From Paragordius varius (taxonomy: Eukaryota > Animalia > Nematomorpha), in assembly GCA_964247055.1 (NCBI GenBank), contig OZ176051.1, positions 248,001 through 312,000 of the forward strand: a DNA stretch of 64,000 bases. Reading direction: 5' to 3'. The translations under genes and the position numbers were made by a program. Positions 63,931-64,000 of this stretch are shown here, piece after piece (the stretch's first letter is position 1; every line of letters starts with the position of its first letter). The notes under the pieces were generated by a model, which made no database searches, was not told the origin of the DNA, and worked only from the letters and a program-made list of their open reading frames with translations.

Positions 63931-64000
63931 CAAATTTGATCAGGTGATGTTGCCATAATTTTTTTTGGGAGCCCTATGGTAGTTCCATCATCACCCCAAA

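Larger units (their letters stand above)
1..64000. repeat. Tandem satellite DNA array, ~173-bp monomer, ~370 copies, all in the same orientation; both ends run off the window
   Basis: The AAATTTGATCAGG anchor recurs at 1, 176, 349 and onward to the window end at ~172-173 bp spacing; no inversion or unique sequence seen except two 66-bp inserts. Confidence 0.99.

Noticed and set aside
1-64000. CRISPR-like repeat/spacer array
   Set aside because: There are no unique spacers; the variable part is a few point variants of one sequence; the period is 173 bp; there are no cas genes or leader.
1-64000. Assignment to a named satellite or species (for example the ~170-180 bp insect, nematode, plant or primate families)
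   Set aside because: Only the length class is shared; I cannot confirm sequence identity with any described family without a database search.
1-64000. Mitochondrial control-region repeats or rDNA spacer subrepeats
   Set aside because: There are no flanking tRNA, rRNA or mitochondrial genes in 64 kb, and the length and HOR structure fit a nuclear satellite better.

Overview
The whole 64 kb window is one uninterrupted, head-to-tail, single-orientation satellite DNA array of an AT-rich (~26% GC) 173-bp monomer, about 370 copies. Consensus from 176-348: AAATTTGATCAGGTGATGTC(A/G)CCATAATTTTTTTTGGGTAGCCCTATGGTAGTTCCATCATCACCCCAAATATTTTCGAGATCGGAGTATAAATGTAATTTTTATGAATTTTTTAAATATTTAAAAAATTTATTTTATACGATTTTAAAAATAAAAATGGCTACCTAAAATCC. 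I find no supportable protein-coding gene, RNA gene, transposon or CRISPR array; the single ORF in the track is a chance read-through of the repeat. I do not recognise the satellite family or the species. The interest lies in the array's structure. The monomer is bipartite and rich in dyads: a perfect 24-bp palindrome, plus a 12-bp and a 7-bp stem that cross each other. A small set of linked monomer haplotypes is distributed in regional zones. Many local higher-order repeats and duplications occur, with periods of about 2, 4, 5, 7, 8, 10, 11, 18, 28 and 32 monomers. There is one 75-bp truncated monomer and one foreign-looking 66-bp insertion, present twice because it was copied in an 18-monomer duplication. 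All alignments and counts were done by eye; block boundaries are accurate to within about a monomer. I found no evidence of a novel gene system.
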